A stretch of 64,000 bases of DNA from contig OX597815.1 in assembly GCA_951406725.2 (NCBI GenBank), forward strand, positions 186,248,001 to 186,312,000, written 5' to 3'. A program made the translations under genes and the position numbers. The notes beneath the pieces are model-generated. The model searched no databases. It had not been told where the DNA came from and worked only from the letters and a program-made list of their open reading frames with translations. This document shows positions 1-12,690 of the stretch, one piece after another (position 1 is the first letter of the stretch; every line of letters starts with the position of its first letter). This DNA is from Octopus vulgaris. Its lineage: Eukaryota.

Positions 1-7
1 TATTCTG

Positions 8-244
8 AGACCCCCTTCGGTCACGACACTGACCATGGGATTGCACCTATAAAGTTACCCTCCCAGGCAAAAGTCCAGGCAAGGTTGTTTATGGAAGACC
101 AGCAGTCGCCCATGCATACCAGCCTCCCCTCTCCACACCACCAATGTTATCCAAGGGAAAGGCAAAGGCCAATACAGCTTGGCACCTGTGACGTCACAAC
201 TCATTGCTACAACTGAGTGAACTGGAGCAACGTTAAATTAAGAG

Positions 245-245
<1 letters not shown>
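8..245 (-). mobile_element. tRNA-derived SINE (family C type), 3' part only
   Basis: Aligns by eye to the fuller copy at 17078-17411 (gacccccttcggtc...gagtgaactggagcaacgt); head replaced by (TA)n. Confidence 0.8.
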
Positions 246-293
<48 letters not shown>

Positions 294-470
294 TACCTAC
301 ATATATATATATATATATACGTAAAGTCAAGTGGTAGATATGAAAATGTGTCAAATTGTATTACTTCTCAGAAGATCGATCGAAAAAGTGATGAACGCCT
401 TAATAGATATTTGCTCGATTGGGAGCTCATCAGATGTAAACAGATAAATAAATATTGAATACTTATGTAT

Positions 471-504
<34 letters not shown>

Positions 505-721
505 CATATATATTCATGTATGTAATTATATATGAATATGAATATACATGTATCTGTATAGATTAGAATGTAAGATTCACGTGAATTTCCTATTATACAT
601 AATTGAGATCTCTCCAAAAATTCTGCTGGTACTGTTAATTGCAACCTCAACAATCAGCACGGCATACTTATGTATAACAGCACAGCTGTGCATAGCAAAG
701 CTTCATATTTTGTCTAATAAC

Positions 722-1078
722 GATGGCACATATGAATAACGAAGCCACATTGAGCATAATCCTATGAACCCGGAAAAATTTCAAACAGAGGATTACTTAC
801 TTACAAGCAAATGTGTTAACATGTGACATTATTGACCGAAGCTACCGTGGTCTTTGCCGTAGGCTTTTCTGTCCACGGATAAACCTTATCTGCTTCCCCC
901 TTTACACTTCACATCATGACATTTCTGTGATACACGATCCCTATTGATCGTTTTTTCTTTCCCTTTTACGATCCCTCTTGATCGAAAACCTACCCTACTT
1001 TTTTTTCTCCCCAAAAAGAAAAGCTCTACTTTCTAATCTGTCCCGTCTGTATGCAGCCCTGTGTGGCTAATAAAGAAA
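722..1078 (+). mobile_element. 5'-truncated non-LTR retrotransposon 3' end with 18-bp target-site duplication
   Basis: catattttgtctaataac occurs at 704-721 and 1079-1096; the insert ends in aataaagaaa. Confidence 0.75.
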
Positions 1079-1509
1079 CATATTTTGTCTAATAACAGTC
1101 TCAACCTGCCTCGTCATTTAGTCAATGATCAACATTCGCTAAAGTACACGGATGTTTATTACAAATGGCGCTCTGTTGCACATTGAAGAATGAATTATTG
1201 CGAAGAGATATGATTTTTTTATGTGAAGCTTTTCTAATACTTCAACAGCCCCACGGAAATGATTGTTTGAACCTCTCGTAATGTGACGAATTGTAACAAC
1301 ACTTCAAATCATAGAGAACATTTAATGAAACCTCTCCTGAATTTGCATGGCCACCTACGCCTAAAAGCTATACTTACACTGCAAGAATGTGTGCTGTTGT
1401 GTACAAAAATCATCATTATACTATCCGTGAAATGTCCGAAAAATGAAGTATCTGAAAGAATTCTAGTTGTACAACATTATGGAAAAACGAAAATGCATAA
1501 TGTTTGTTA

Positions 1510-1940
1510 GTTAGTTAATTTTTTGGCTCAAAAAGCAAAAAGCAAGGCCATGTAGGGGGACATGGAGTTATGTACAGGGTGGTGTTCACGTAAAGAGGTC
1601 AGGCCACTTGAGGTCAAGGGAGACTTTGAACCGAGCGGTCGTCGGCATCTTCACCATCTCGTTTGGCAGCTTATTCCACGGATCAGCAACCTGGACGGAG
1701 AAAGCCCCTCTCCTTCGATTGAGATGAAATCGTCGCAGATAGAGTTTTTCGGAATGACCCCGCAGCCGACGCTCTGGAGCAGGAGTGAAGAACAGCTCTT
1801 TCGAGAGGTTACACTTTCGGCTTATGATGTTGTGAGCAAGAATGAGATCTCCACGGCGTCGTCGTTTTTGTAGAGAATAAAGGTCGAGCGTCTTCAGCCT
1901 TTCTTCATAAGACAAATCCTTGAGACCAAGAATCATGCGG
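1510..1940 (-). mobile_element. CR1/L2-group LINE, C-terminal ORF2 fragment and 3' tail
   Basis: ORF 1586-1996 reads GLKDLSYEERLKTLDLYSLQKRRRRGDLI...WNKLP, the typical CR1-group C-terminus; short (taac)n tail. Confidence 0.85.
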
Positions 1941-2203
1941 GTAGAACATGTGCTAAGAACATTGGTCAAATACATACATAGAATACGGATAAACAATCTG
2001 TACCTTTCTGTAAAGTTTCATAGCAGATATCAAAACGTGGGTTGCAGAGTTATGATACTTAAAAACCAATCTTCGCAGAGTTGAATCACTCAGAATGGTT
2101 CGTTCTTGCCACAGTTAAAAGAACACATCAAGTTTTTTTAGTTTATTTGAAGGCGATGTTGATTGATCCTACAATTATTTTATCGTTATTCTTAAAATTA
2201 TTA

Positions 2204-3055
2204 AGCCGGTTAGCTGGCAGAATCGTTAGCAAGCCGGGCGAAATGCTTAGCGGCATTTCGCCTGCCGCTACGTTCTGAGTTCAAATTCCGCCGAGGTTGA
2301 CTTTGCCTTTCATCCTTTCGGGGTCGATTAAATAAGTACGTTACGCACTGGGGTCGATATAATCGACTTAATCCGTTTGTCTGTCCTGGTTTGTGAGTAG
2401 TAAAGAAATAGGTATTTCGTCCGTCCTTAGAGGCGGCGAGCTGGCAGAAACGTTAGCCCGCCAGGCGAAATGCTTAGCGGCATTTCGTCTGCCGCCACGT
2501 TCTAAGTTCAAATTTCGCCGAGGTCGACTTTGCCTTTCATCCTTTCGGGGTCGATAAATTATGTACCAGTTATGCACTGGGGTCGATATAATAGACTTAA
2601 TGTCTGTCTTTGTTCGTCCTCTCTGTATTTAGCCCCTTGTGGGTAGTAAAGAAATAGGTATTTCATCCGTCCTTACGTTCTGAGTTCCAATTCTACCGAG
2701 ATCAACTTTGCCTTTCATCCTTTCGGGGGGCGATTAAATAAGTACCACTTGCGCACTAGGGTCGATGTAATCGACTTAATCTCTCCCCACAAATCTGAGG
2801 CCTTGTGCTTCCAGTAGAAATAATTATTATCATAATTATCAAGGCGGCGAGCTGGCAGAATCATTAGCAAACCGGACGAAATGCTTAGCAGCATGTCAAT
2901 CGTCCCTACGTTCTGAGTTCAAATTCCGTCGAGGTCGACCTTACCATTCATCCCTTTAGAGTCGATACATCAAGTACCAGTGAAACACTGGGGTCGATAT
3001 AATCGGCTAGTCCCCTCCCTCCAAATTTGAGGCCATGTGCCTTTAGTAGAAAAGG
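2204..3055 (+). mobile_element. Cluster of 4-5 tandem units of SINE family A (tRNA-like head, Nin/Deu-like central domain)
   Basis: Repeated ggcggcgagctggcagaa...gttcaaattccgccgaggtcgactttgcctttcatcctttcggggtcgataaa; the same unit recurs more than 10 times in the window. Confidence 0.85.
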
Positions 3056-4145
3056 TTATTATTATCATTGTTGTTGCTGCTGATGTTATTGCTGTTTTTG
3101 TTGCTGATGTTGTTGTTGTTACTATTATAACTGGAAACGCTTCCTTCATCCTATCTTTCGTCGTCACAAAACTTTTAACAATCGTGGGTCTTTTTTTTTA
3201 TTATTATCCAACATTCATCGTCAAATTAGCTTTGAAAAACTGATTTAGACAGATAAATAAAATAATTTGTTTTAGATAAAATAATCTGTAGAATTAGAAT
3301 TACCTTTAGCGAAGACCGAACACTAGCATTGACAAGATATCATTTACACTTTTGAGAAGTGCATTTCTTCTCACCGATTGTGAATTATGGTAGTCGGATC
3401 TCACTTGATCCTCTTCTGTTGACGATGCATATTTCCTCAATATTGCTAATATCCTCAACGGATATTACCCAGTTGACTTTAGTATAAACGTTTCCTTTCA
3501 GCAGCTTGACTCGTTTCAACTCCAGAATTCATCGATATTGTTGATATAACTACAATGCATTCAACCGAGCAAGTAAGTAAATTTGAAACAAGTGCGGCTC
3601 AGTACGTATAGATAATGTGAAGGGAAAAGTGGTTACATCTATTAATATACAGATTCATAAATTTTTATTTTATTTGTACAGATAACAAAATATTATTTAA
3701 AGTGCACTAATTTGGTTTTTGAAAATAGGTGTTAGACAGAAATCTAAGTCATCTTTCTACTGTAGACGGTGTTGGTACACATTAAAGTAAATGAAACCGT
3801 GCAATATATATTTTAGGGGATATAATCCAGACTTACCTCCCCTTTACTGAAAAATACCTTGGTTACAAATTATCTCTCCTTGCAAACAAAATGTCTAATT
3901 CTGAATTGCATCCAAAACACCAAATTTGTAAAGCGATAGCGAAACCAGTTATTATGTTAGAAGAAAAATCTTTTTTTGTACATTATTTTATAATACTTTT
4001 GCTATGATGATTCTAACATATTCTTTAGCCTTGTACAACAAATCTACTGTGGTTTTTCAGCTTATTTCTTTCTGTATATATTCAGCCACGTGTAATCAGC
4101 CACCACACTCTCTATCTTATATATGTGTGAGTATATATGTATGTA

Positions 4146-4211
<66 letters not shown>

Positions 4212-4286
4212 GAAAAATTAGGTCATAGTTAGTTTCTATTTGTATCACATCGAAACTAACTATGACTTAATTTTTGCTGTCACACC

Positions 4287-4338
4287 GTCTCCGAGGAAGG
4301 GATATTATTAATTAATATCCTAGAAACAGCTGTAAGAC
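4287..4338 (+). ncRNA. Minimal type I hammerhead ribozyme-like motif (U4C variant)
   Basis: gtct-CCGAGGA-agggatatta/taatatcct-a-GAAAC-agct-GTA-agac; stem I gtct/agac; palindromic acagctgt at stem III. Confidence 0.6.
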
Positions 4339-4432
4339 ATTCTATCAATAAATGGTCCAATATCTATACAACCTTGGTTTTCTTCTATCTCATTACGCAA
4401 AAAATTCTTATATACACACATATATATATATA

Positions 4433-5500
4433 AACTTAGATATGTTTCGACCAAAGATTGGTCCAGGCCATGTCTAACTTAATAGCACCACCTGATAGGA
4501 TTATTCGAATCCTGTTTAAGTCAAGTTTTGTTTAAGTCAAGTTTTGTTCAAGTAGTGAGTTCTTGTTGGGTGAGTTGTATCCAGTTTTGTTCAAGTAGTG
4601 AGTTCTTGTTGGGTGAGTTGTATCCAATTATGGGTGGCTTATCTGGTATTCTTTGAAGGAATCTATCCAGACTCTGTTTAAAGTTGATGGGATCCTTTTC
4701 CTCTTTGATCTCCCTCGGGACAATGTTAAATAGGGCAGGGCCTGTTGAGGAAAAGAAATTATGTTGCAGTGTACATGTATGTTGTGATCTTGAATTGGCC
4801 AAGGGACGTATAGCCCGTGGTCCAAGTCTTGGATGAACCTTGAAGTTAATGTTTAGGTCGTTTGGGCAAAGTTGGCGGTATATTTTCCACATCGTACAAA
4901 TGATGTTCCGCTCACGGCGACGCTGGAGGGAGTAAAGTTTCAAGGCTTTAAGGCGATCCCAATAATCGAGAGCAGCCATGCCTTCAATTTGTTTAGTGAG
5001 AGCCCTCTGGGGTGACTCAATTCTGGAGATGTTTTGTCTTGTGTGAGGAGACCACAGTGGGCAGCAGTATTCAAGGTGTGGCCGTACAAAGGAGGAAAAA
5101 AGTGGTATGATGACACCTTGTTCTCTGGACCGGAATGTTCTTAAGATCCAGGAACTCATCCTTCGAGCTATATCGACCTTCTTGTTGATGTGTGCACTCC
5201 AACTGAGATCGTCATCAACAATTACACCCAGGTCTCTGATATTGTTAGAGGCTGTGAGCGGTTCCCCTGAAGGAAGAGAGTATGGTTGTTTTAGTGAGGA
5301 ATTTCTTCCAAAATGCATCAGCTCAAATTTTCCCTCATTCAGTTGCATTTTGTTTCTGTCTGCCCATTGACTCACAGCATATAGATCAGACTGGAGTTGA
5401 GTTCGGTCTGCTTCTTCATTGACGATTTGCTGGAGCTTAGTGTCATCAGCGAATATTTTCACTTTGCAGTAATGTACGACACTGGAAAGGTCGTTTACGT
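4433..5500 (-). mobile_element. CR1-group LINE, 5'-truncated (RT C-terminal half plus 3' UTR)
   Basis: ORF 4548-5462: KIFADDTKL (RT YADD motif), RDLGVIVD, VRPHLEYCCPLWSP, YSLQRRRER; a second copy of the 3' end lies at 54968-55250. Confidence 0.92.
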
Positions 5501-5617
5501 AATATATATATATATATAATTATAATTGGAGTTCAGCTAACTGCTTCACCACATACCGAAATTAGAAATAGGGGTTAAAAATTTCCTTTCAGCTGCTATA
5601 AGAATCTCCATTAAAAT

Positions 5618-5650
<33 letters not shown>

Positions 5651-6063
5651 AGGCATGTATATGTATGTGTGTATGTATCTATATGTATGAAATTTCCTCA
5701 TGCAGTCAAGACATTCTTACTTCTCGATAAAGTGGCATTTTCTATCTAATCTTTTCAGCGTGGTCTGTCAGTGATTTTAACTACCCTAACCAGAATAAAA
5801 TTCATATGTTAACTCCCCAGCTTTTGTGTAACTAGGTTTAAGCATTCAACTTGCTCTTTGCCCTTTCTACTGAGAAATTGAACATCCAGACCGACATCGC
5901 TAGGACCCATAGTTTCTTTTTGGTATCCAATCACATGCCCTTAACGTATTAATATACTTTTCAAATGTTGATCATTTATGAATTTCTATTCAAGGAATAT
6001 GTACTACAATGTGTAAATATCATTTGAAATATCGATAATTTTTTCTTGAGGTATTTAGATGTT

Positions 6064-6470
6064 GGGCGCAGGAGTGGCTGTGTGGTAAGTAGCTTGCTAA
6101 CCAACCACATGGTTCCAGGTTCAGCCCCACTGCGTGGCATCTTGGGCAAGTGTCTTCTGCTATAGCCTCGGGCCGACCAAAGCCTTGTGAGTGGATTTGG
6201 TAGACGGAAACTGAAAGAAGCCTGTCGTATATATGTATATATATATAAGTGTGTGTGTGTATATGTTTGTGTGTCTGTGTTTGTCCCTCTAGCATTGCTT
6301 GACAACCGATGCTGGTGTGTTTACGTCCCCGTCACTTAGCGGTTCGGCAAAAGAGACCGATAGAATAAGTACTGGGCTTACAAAGAATAAGTCCCGGGGT
6401 CGATGTTCTCGACTAAAGGCGGTGCTCCAGCATGGCCGCAGTCAAATGACTGAAACAAGTAAAAAGAAAA
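6064..6470 (+). mobile_element. SINE family B, full length
   Basis: tRNA-like head ggcgcaggagtggctgtgtggtaag...ggttcag, internal (TA)/(TG) tract, tail gactgaaacaagtaaaa; at least 8 copies in the window. Confidence 0.88.
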
Positions 6471-7382
6471 AAAAAAGAAAAATAAGTACAGAATATTGTG
6501 AATGGGATTGTTGTAAGACAAAAACGCTATCAATAAATAACAGAATGCTATTTTCAAAAATTCAGTCTAACTAAATTTCGAATTTTTCGCAATAGCTTTT
6601 GCTTTCGTTAATCTTCTAAGAAAGACATTAGAAAGTAAATGACGTGCTTGAATTATATGTTAACTGAGGACAATACGTTGAAGACTAAACCGAAATAATC
6701 AATATTATTTGCATCCGAGTACATGTTTACTTCTAGAAATTCAATTTAAAATATGCCGAAAGCATCTGCTTCAAAAGTAAAAATTGAAAAGCGAAGCGAC
6801 GACGAAGAAAATAATCGGCATGCATAAGTCTTCTCGGTTATATTTTACAATGAAACTATATAAAATATAAATAACCGACACATCATTTTCACTTGTTTTC
6901 GTGGCGAGAAATATTTCATGAGCATGAAAAGAATATAAGACATACAATTTTTTACGAACGTATCCTCGCTTCAAACACCATCATTATAATCATCAATGTT
7001 AACATCAAACTTAAATTAATCGTCATATTTTTAGTAGAATTATGTGCAACCATACATCATTATATTGTGTGGTGTGACATTCTACCACTGCAGCATATGT
7101 TTTTGAAAAAATTTTTTATCAATATCATCTATTCATATACACACGTCGTTCAGATATATTTGTATTTGATGCTGTTTTTAGTAATAAAAATAAATATGAA
7201 TTTACTGTCACTTACAAAGAACAATTTCAACGATCCCGCCAGACTACATATCTGCGGCTGGAAACTTTTAATATTTTGGTCTTATTGGCAGAATAGTATT
7301 TTCTTGTCACTGTACAGACCCACCTGTTAGTGACAGTCTTCACTGCAGTGACTAAACGTGAAGGCGCTCTCCGCTAATCTTA

Positions 7383-7475
7383 TTCTATTTCTTTACTAAC
7401 CACAAGGGGCTAAACACAGAGGGGACAAACAATGACAAACGGATTAAGTCAATTATATCGACCCCAGTGCGTATT
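7383..7475 (-). mobile_element. SINE family A fragment
   Basis: tatttctttactaaccacaaggggctaaacacagaggggacaaac matches the reverse complement of the family A body. Confidence 0.75.
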
Positions 7476-8502
7476 CAGAATCCGTCTCAGGTTATGTAGA
7501 TGGAGAGCTAGAGACACCGCTCCTTTTACGACCGTATAGAATGACTGGGCAATGCTGAGTAGCAACGGATGGCAACGAATCTTAGCAAGAATTTTGGCCA
7601 GGTCATCGCTATAAATAACCAAAACGCTTTCATGAAGTCACCGAAAGCAATGTAGAATGGTTGCCTTTGCTCTCTGCATTTTTCTTGTGAGTGTTGTGAC
7701 CTGATACCATATGAGACTAGAGATACACCATTTCAGCGATATATTTACAGTTTGTTTATAACAACCTGAAGGAAGATCTATTAAATGATGATCAGCAAAG
7801 ATATTTCTAAATATTTCGATTTTGGATTTGGTTTGCAAGATTCTTTATATGAGTTCATGTGTTGAAGCATATTCTGTTGTGTTTGGGGAGAGTCATTTTC
7901 TTTTTGTGCCTTATAATGTAACACACTCACTGGTAAAATTTCCACCTTTTTCTTATTTTTATTTTCCTAAAAGTTTCGTTGCGTCTTGCAACCTTTTCAA
8001 AAGTATAGGCAATACAACTGCTAGGCACACCTTCAACTTCAGCTTGTAGCATTTAAATAATTTAAAATTCATAAAAGTATTTTTACTTTACTCACTCTAA
8101 GCGAAGGCATGCTAAATGGTAGCTAACCAGCGCACATTACCACAACCACAATGCACAATACAAATGTTCAATATATTTTGGACACTTGTGCTATTCTGAG
8201 TAAGTTATAAAATTAATTAGACATAATTTTAAATATTTCTGATTTCTAAATGCAAAAGAATGTTTACATTGTATTGAATCAATCAATTCAGAGATATAAA
8301 TGAAAACATTAAAATTAGATTCAGGCAGGTTTTCGGAAATATTTAGCAATAACTTTGAATGGAAACAGCATTTGAAATTAGAATAATTGTGTAATCTAAT
8401 AAATACATGTTTATTGTGTGTGAAATAATATGATATTTGATGATACATTTGACCGACATTTATGGCCGCAATGAAAAGATATTATCGTAGAATATAATTA
8501 CA

Positions 8503-8559
<57 letters not shown>

Positions 8560-9799
8560 ATATGCATACATATATACATTCACACATGCGCATATGAATT
8601 ATTAGTGTGTCTACTTCGTGTTTAGAAGCTACAAAAGGCATGCCCAGAAGATTAAAGTTGTTATTCGCCATCAAACACAGAATGTTATATAACATTTCAT
8701 CTAAGAAAAAGGAACCAATCAGTCCTCAAACCACCAGCAGATTGCGCCAATTGTTCTGCTTAGAAGAAAAACGCGAATAATTGCTTCCACCTTTTAGAGA
8801 AGAATATTGTCAAATGACTTGAATTTACGGTTTATTACTGACTATCAGGTGAAAAGATTTACAACATAAAATATAAAGGATATATTAAAACTTTATGAGA
8901 TGCATTGTCCGATGTTTTACCTATGCTACCATTCCTTCGTCAAGGTCTAACCCGTGATCTCATCTTGGTGGAAAAGTTAAATGAGTGAGTGTCAGAGCTA
9001 TGGCGTCGGGGACTTCGAGGACCAAGTAGGATAGGTCTGACACTGGTAGTGCTAGGACTACAAGGTGGGCAAGTCTAACTGGTCTAATATCGGCAGTGCT
9101 AGAGCTGCAACCCGGTTAACTGAAGGGCAATGGTGAATTCCAGGCAGTGTCTGTCCCGAAATTCGGTGGCTTCTAGTAGCGCTGCGTTGCGTCTGCAGGC
9201 ATTCTGCTACGAAAAGCCGTAACACACGAACTACCTGCCGCCGGTCGTGTATGGTGACTTACGAATACAGACAGGAGTTGTCTTTGCGGACTCTAATTAT
9301 CTCTTGAAATTCCTGCGAAATGACAACGGAACAACAGCGGTGAGCCCAATGGGAGTTCACTCCTCCCGGGTGAAAGCTGTACAAGATAAGAAGAAGATTA
9401 TGCTACAATCTGCCGCATATATTGTATAATAAATAATAATTTCTAATGTACAGTGTTTAGGCTAAATTTGACCATTCCTCATATGGTCAGGCCTTGTGGC
9501 AAATGTACGCTCTCAAGTAATGTCTACTGATTTACAAACAAGGAAGGGAAGCGTTCTGGTCACCTCACAGTTGCCTCTCTTCGTATCGAGTACTGAAGGG
9601 AACGAACAATGTCGAAACGCATCCATTAGGCCAATGGAAGGCACTGAGCTGATAGTGGAGGTTTACCGACTCCTCCACTTTACATGGCTTGTCAGAGCTT
9701 GAAACAGGTAGTACTGGGCTCCTGGTACCAGTAGCAAGATATTCCTAGCCTAGACCTTGTGCCCCTATTCATGTATATATGTGCATCTGAGTGTATGAG

Positions 9800-9842
9800 T
9801 GTGTGTGTGTGTGTGTGTGTGTGTGCGTATACATAGATAGAT

Positions 9843-9891
<49 letters not shown>

Positions 9892-9905
9892 GACAAGCAG
9901 ACAGA
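9800..9905. repeat. (GT)n-(GATA)n compound microsatellite
   Basis: Directly visible. Confidence 0.95.
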
Positions 9906-11060
9906 CAGAGAACAAAGGCATAGAGAAAACAGTGGAATAGCAAATTCGTTCGATCGCCAAGCGTCAAATAGAATGCTTTAAGGTGTGTGTTATGGATCAC
10001 TGCTCCCTAAACTAAATGTTGGTGATCTCCACTTAGCATTTGAACCTTTCCGTTTCCCCATCTGCAACTTTCAGGACAAATTTGATGATGTTTGGTAGAA
10101 TTTTCTTTTCTGTTTGCTTGTTTGTTTGTTTTTTTTCGCACGACGAGATGGGCGTCGAAAAAGATTAACGGAGGTTCAAAGGATGCGTATATTTGTGCGT
10201 GAGCGTGTTGTGCGTGTGAGCTTTTCTGCGCCTAATGGAAAGTGAGTAACAGAAAGAAGAAACAAAGGATGAGAAAATATTTAGATTGATTTAACACCAT
10301 CGAATTCTAGATAACAGAAAAAATTATTCATGTTTACAAAAATTAAATTATTATTGAATTTAGATTTTCTATAATTAGGTTTTATATTTATTTATAACTG
10401 AAATTATTAATCGATGATTCTGGTATGGTTTTCTTGAATTTTTAAATAATTTCATTCTTACTTTTATTGGGATATTTTTTCTCGCATGAATTCAAGATCT
10501 ACTTTTTATTCTTCCTTCGAAATATTTCGAAATAAATCTTCTGTATGGCTTTCTTACATTCTGTGTTTGTATTTGGTTAATGTCAAGATTGTCAACTCCA
10601 AAAACAATTTTTCAAATTAATGATCTTAACGAAAAGTATCGATAAGAATAATGCAGCTCACAAAATATTGTATTAGAAAATGAATGTTTATCTATATACG
10701 CATTCGTTGTAATATCCTCATGCAGTGGCCTTCTTAATGCAGTCTCAGACAATGTCAGCACCATGATCATTCATTTAACTTTAGGTTATATTCTACCAGC
10801 TGCATAGAATTTCCTGTAAATTATTTTGTTTATTTAACTCAGAAATTAAGGATGAATGACTAAAATATGGAAAATTCCTGAACCAGTAGCTGAGGTATTT
10901 CTAAGAATGTTTAATGTTTTTAAGAATGTTTTAAGAATGTTTACTCACTAACTTGAATTTTCCGGGCCACATTCTTCAAAAAATTTCTATGCTTTATAGA
11001 AGCGCTTTAACGGTGGCTAAATGTAATTATTAAATCGCATGTAATTTTGATACATATGTA

Positions 11061-11438
11061 CACTTGCGTCAGAAATTAATTAGCACTTCTCAAATTTCTA
11101 CATTAAATAGGTTAAATCAATTAACCTATGAGCTGTTCAAAACGTCTTACGCGATGAGAAAACTTAGTATGGTGTGATTTCGGTCCTTGCGAGGCGCTAC
11201 CTATATCTATTAAACAAAGGAATTTGTCTGCATCCGCACTCCAAGTTGTTGTTGCACTGCTATGTCAACATCATAAGGCTGTAGACTCTCAAACTGCTCT
11301 GCAAACAAAGTTATGTCATCGTTCTGCGCAACAGTGAACTCGCAACAAAGCAATAGTTCGAGATATGGCCACTAGGTGACAGCACATACCTTGAGTGAAG
11401 AGCAAATCAAGGGTGCTAATTAATTTCTGACGGTAGTG
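11061..11438. mobile_element. Tc1/mariner-type MITE
   Basis: TIRs cacttgcgtcagaaattaattagcac / gtgctaattaatttctgacggtagtg with TA on both sides; no ORF. Confidence 0.85.
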
Positions 11439-11519
11439 TACTTTCAGAGTACATTTCGAACTCTTAATCTTATCTGTTGCATCTATGCCTTCTCAAAGTT
11501 GGTTGTATCTACCTACCTA

Positions 11520-11520
11520 T

Positions 11521-11573
<53 letters not shown>

Positions 11574-11628
11574 AGGATAGATAGATAGATAGATAGATAG
11601 ACAGACAGATAGATAGATAGATAGATAT

Positions 11629-11709
<81 letters not shown>

Positions 11710-11710
11710 G
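11520..11710. repeat. (GATA)n microsatellite
   Basis: Directly visible. Confidence 0.97.
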
Positions 11711-12313
11711 AAGGTGTGAGAGTTCTTCGATGCTTTATATCTCGTAGCACTACGAATTTTTGCCACTACAGACAATGTCAGTGGTGCTCATTCGAGTAAA
11801 TTACAGAGTATTCTTCACTGCGAAAATCTCGGCAACTGCAAGACCAACAGTTAGTTGACCACGCAGCAAGTCTCTCCTGTCCAGGCCATCAAACTATTCA
11901 GGAGTAGAAGGTCAGATAGAAATGGCATCATATTCGTTAGAGAACCGGCTACGATGCAGCCGAGGATTTGTTGCATTGCGTTAAGGAATCTAGCTTCTCA
12001 TTAGCGTCGATTAACTGGAGCTAAGTACATGACTGGCCCTCTTATTATATTTCATTTATAATTTATATTTTATATTTCATGTTTGAAACGCAAAATCAGT
12101 CACATTGAGATTGTAATAATCAGGAAGTGAACTTCGTCCGATGCTCTTACAAATCTGTCATCGTCTTCTCTCCTCCTCCTCAGATTCTCAAAAATACGCA
12201 CGCACGCACACACACACACACGCGCGTGCAGGCATATACACACACATACTACAAAGACATAAATGTATGTTATGTATATAGGCGCATGCTTGATTTCATA
12301 TATTATGCTGTAA

Positions 12314-12690
12314 ATGCGGCGAGCTGGCAGAAGCGTTAGCACGCTGGGCGAAATGCGTAGCCGTATTTCGTCTGCCGCCACGTTCTGAGTTCAAATTCAA
12401 CCGAGGTCGACTTTACCTTTCATCCTTTTGGGGTCGATTAAATAAGTATCAGTTACACACTGGGGTCAATATAATCGACTTAATCCGTTTGTCCCCTCTG
12501 TGTTTAGCCCCTTGTGGGTAGTAAAGAAATAGGTATTTCGTCTGCCATTACGTTCTGAGTTCAACTTCCGCCGAAGTCGACTTTGCCTTTCATCCTTCCG
12601 GAGACGATTAAATAAGTACTAGTTACGCACTGGGATCGATGTAATCGACTGGCCCCCTCTCTGAAAATTTCGGGCCTTGTGGTAGAAAAG
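12314..12690 (+). mobile_element. SINE family A with internally duplicated body
   Basis: One head followed by two copies of the gtatttcgtctgcc...ggggtcgat unit. Confidence 0.85.

Noticed and set aside
1180-1500. Very old mariner-like HTH remnant (CAVVYKNHHYTIREMSEK)
   Set aside because: Too degenerate; no TIR or catalytic motif visible.
3502-3572. Possible host exon (tttcctttcag|...ATGCATTCAACCGAGCAA|gtaagt)
   Set aside because: Stops in all three frames across the exon and no partner exon found; it could only be a 5' UTR/start exon, which the sequence alone cannot support.
9588-9632. ctgaagg...gtcgaaacgcatc hammerhead-like string
   Set aside because: Core mismatch, weak stem II and no stem I.
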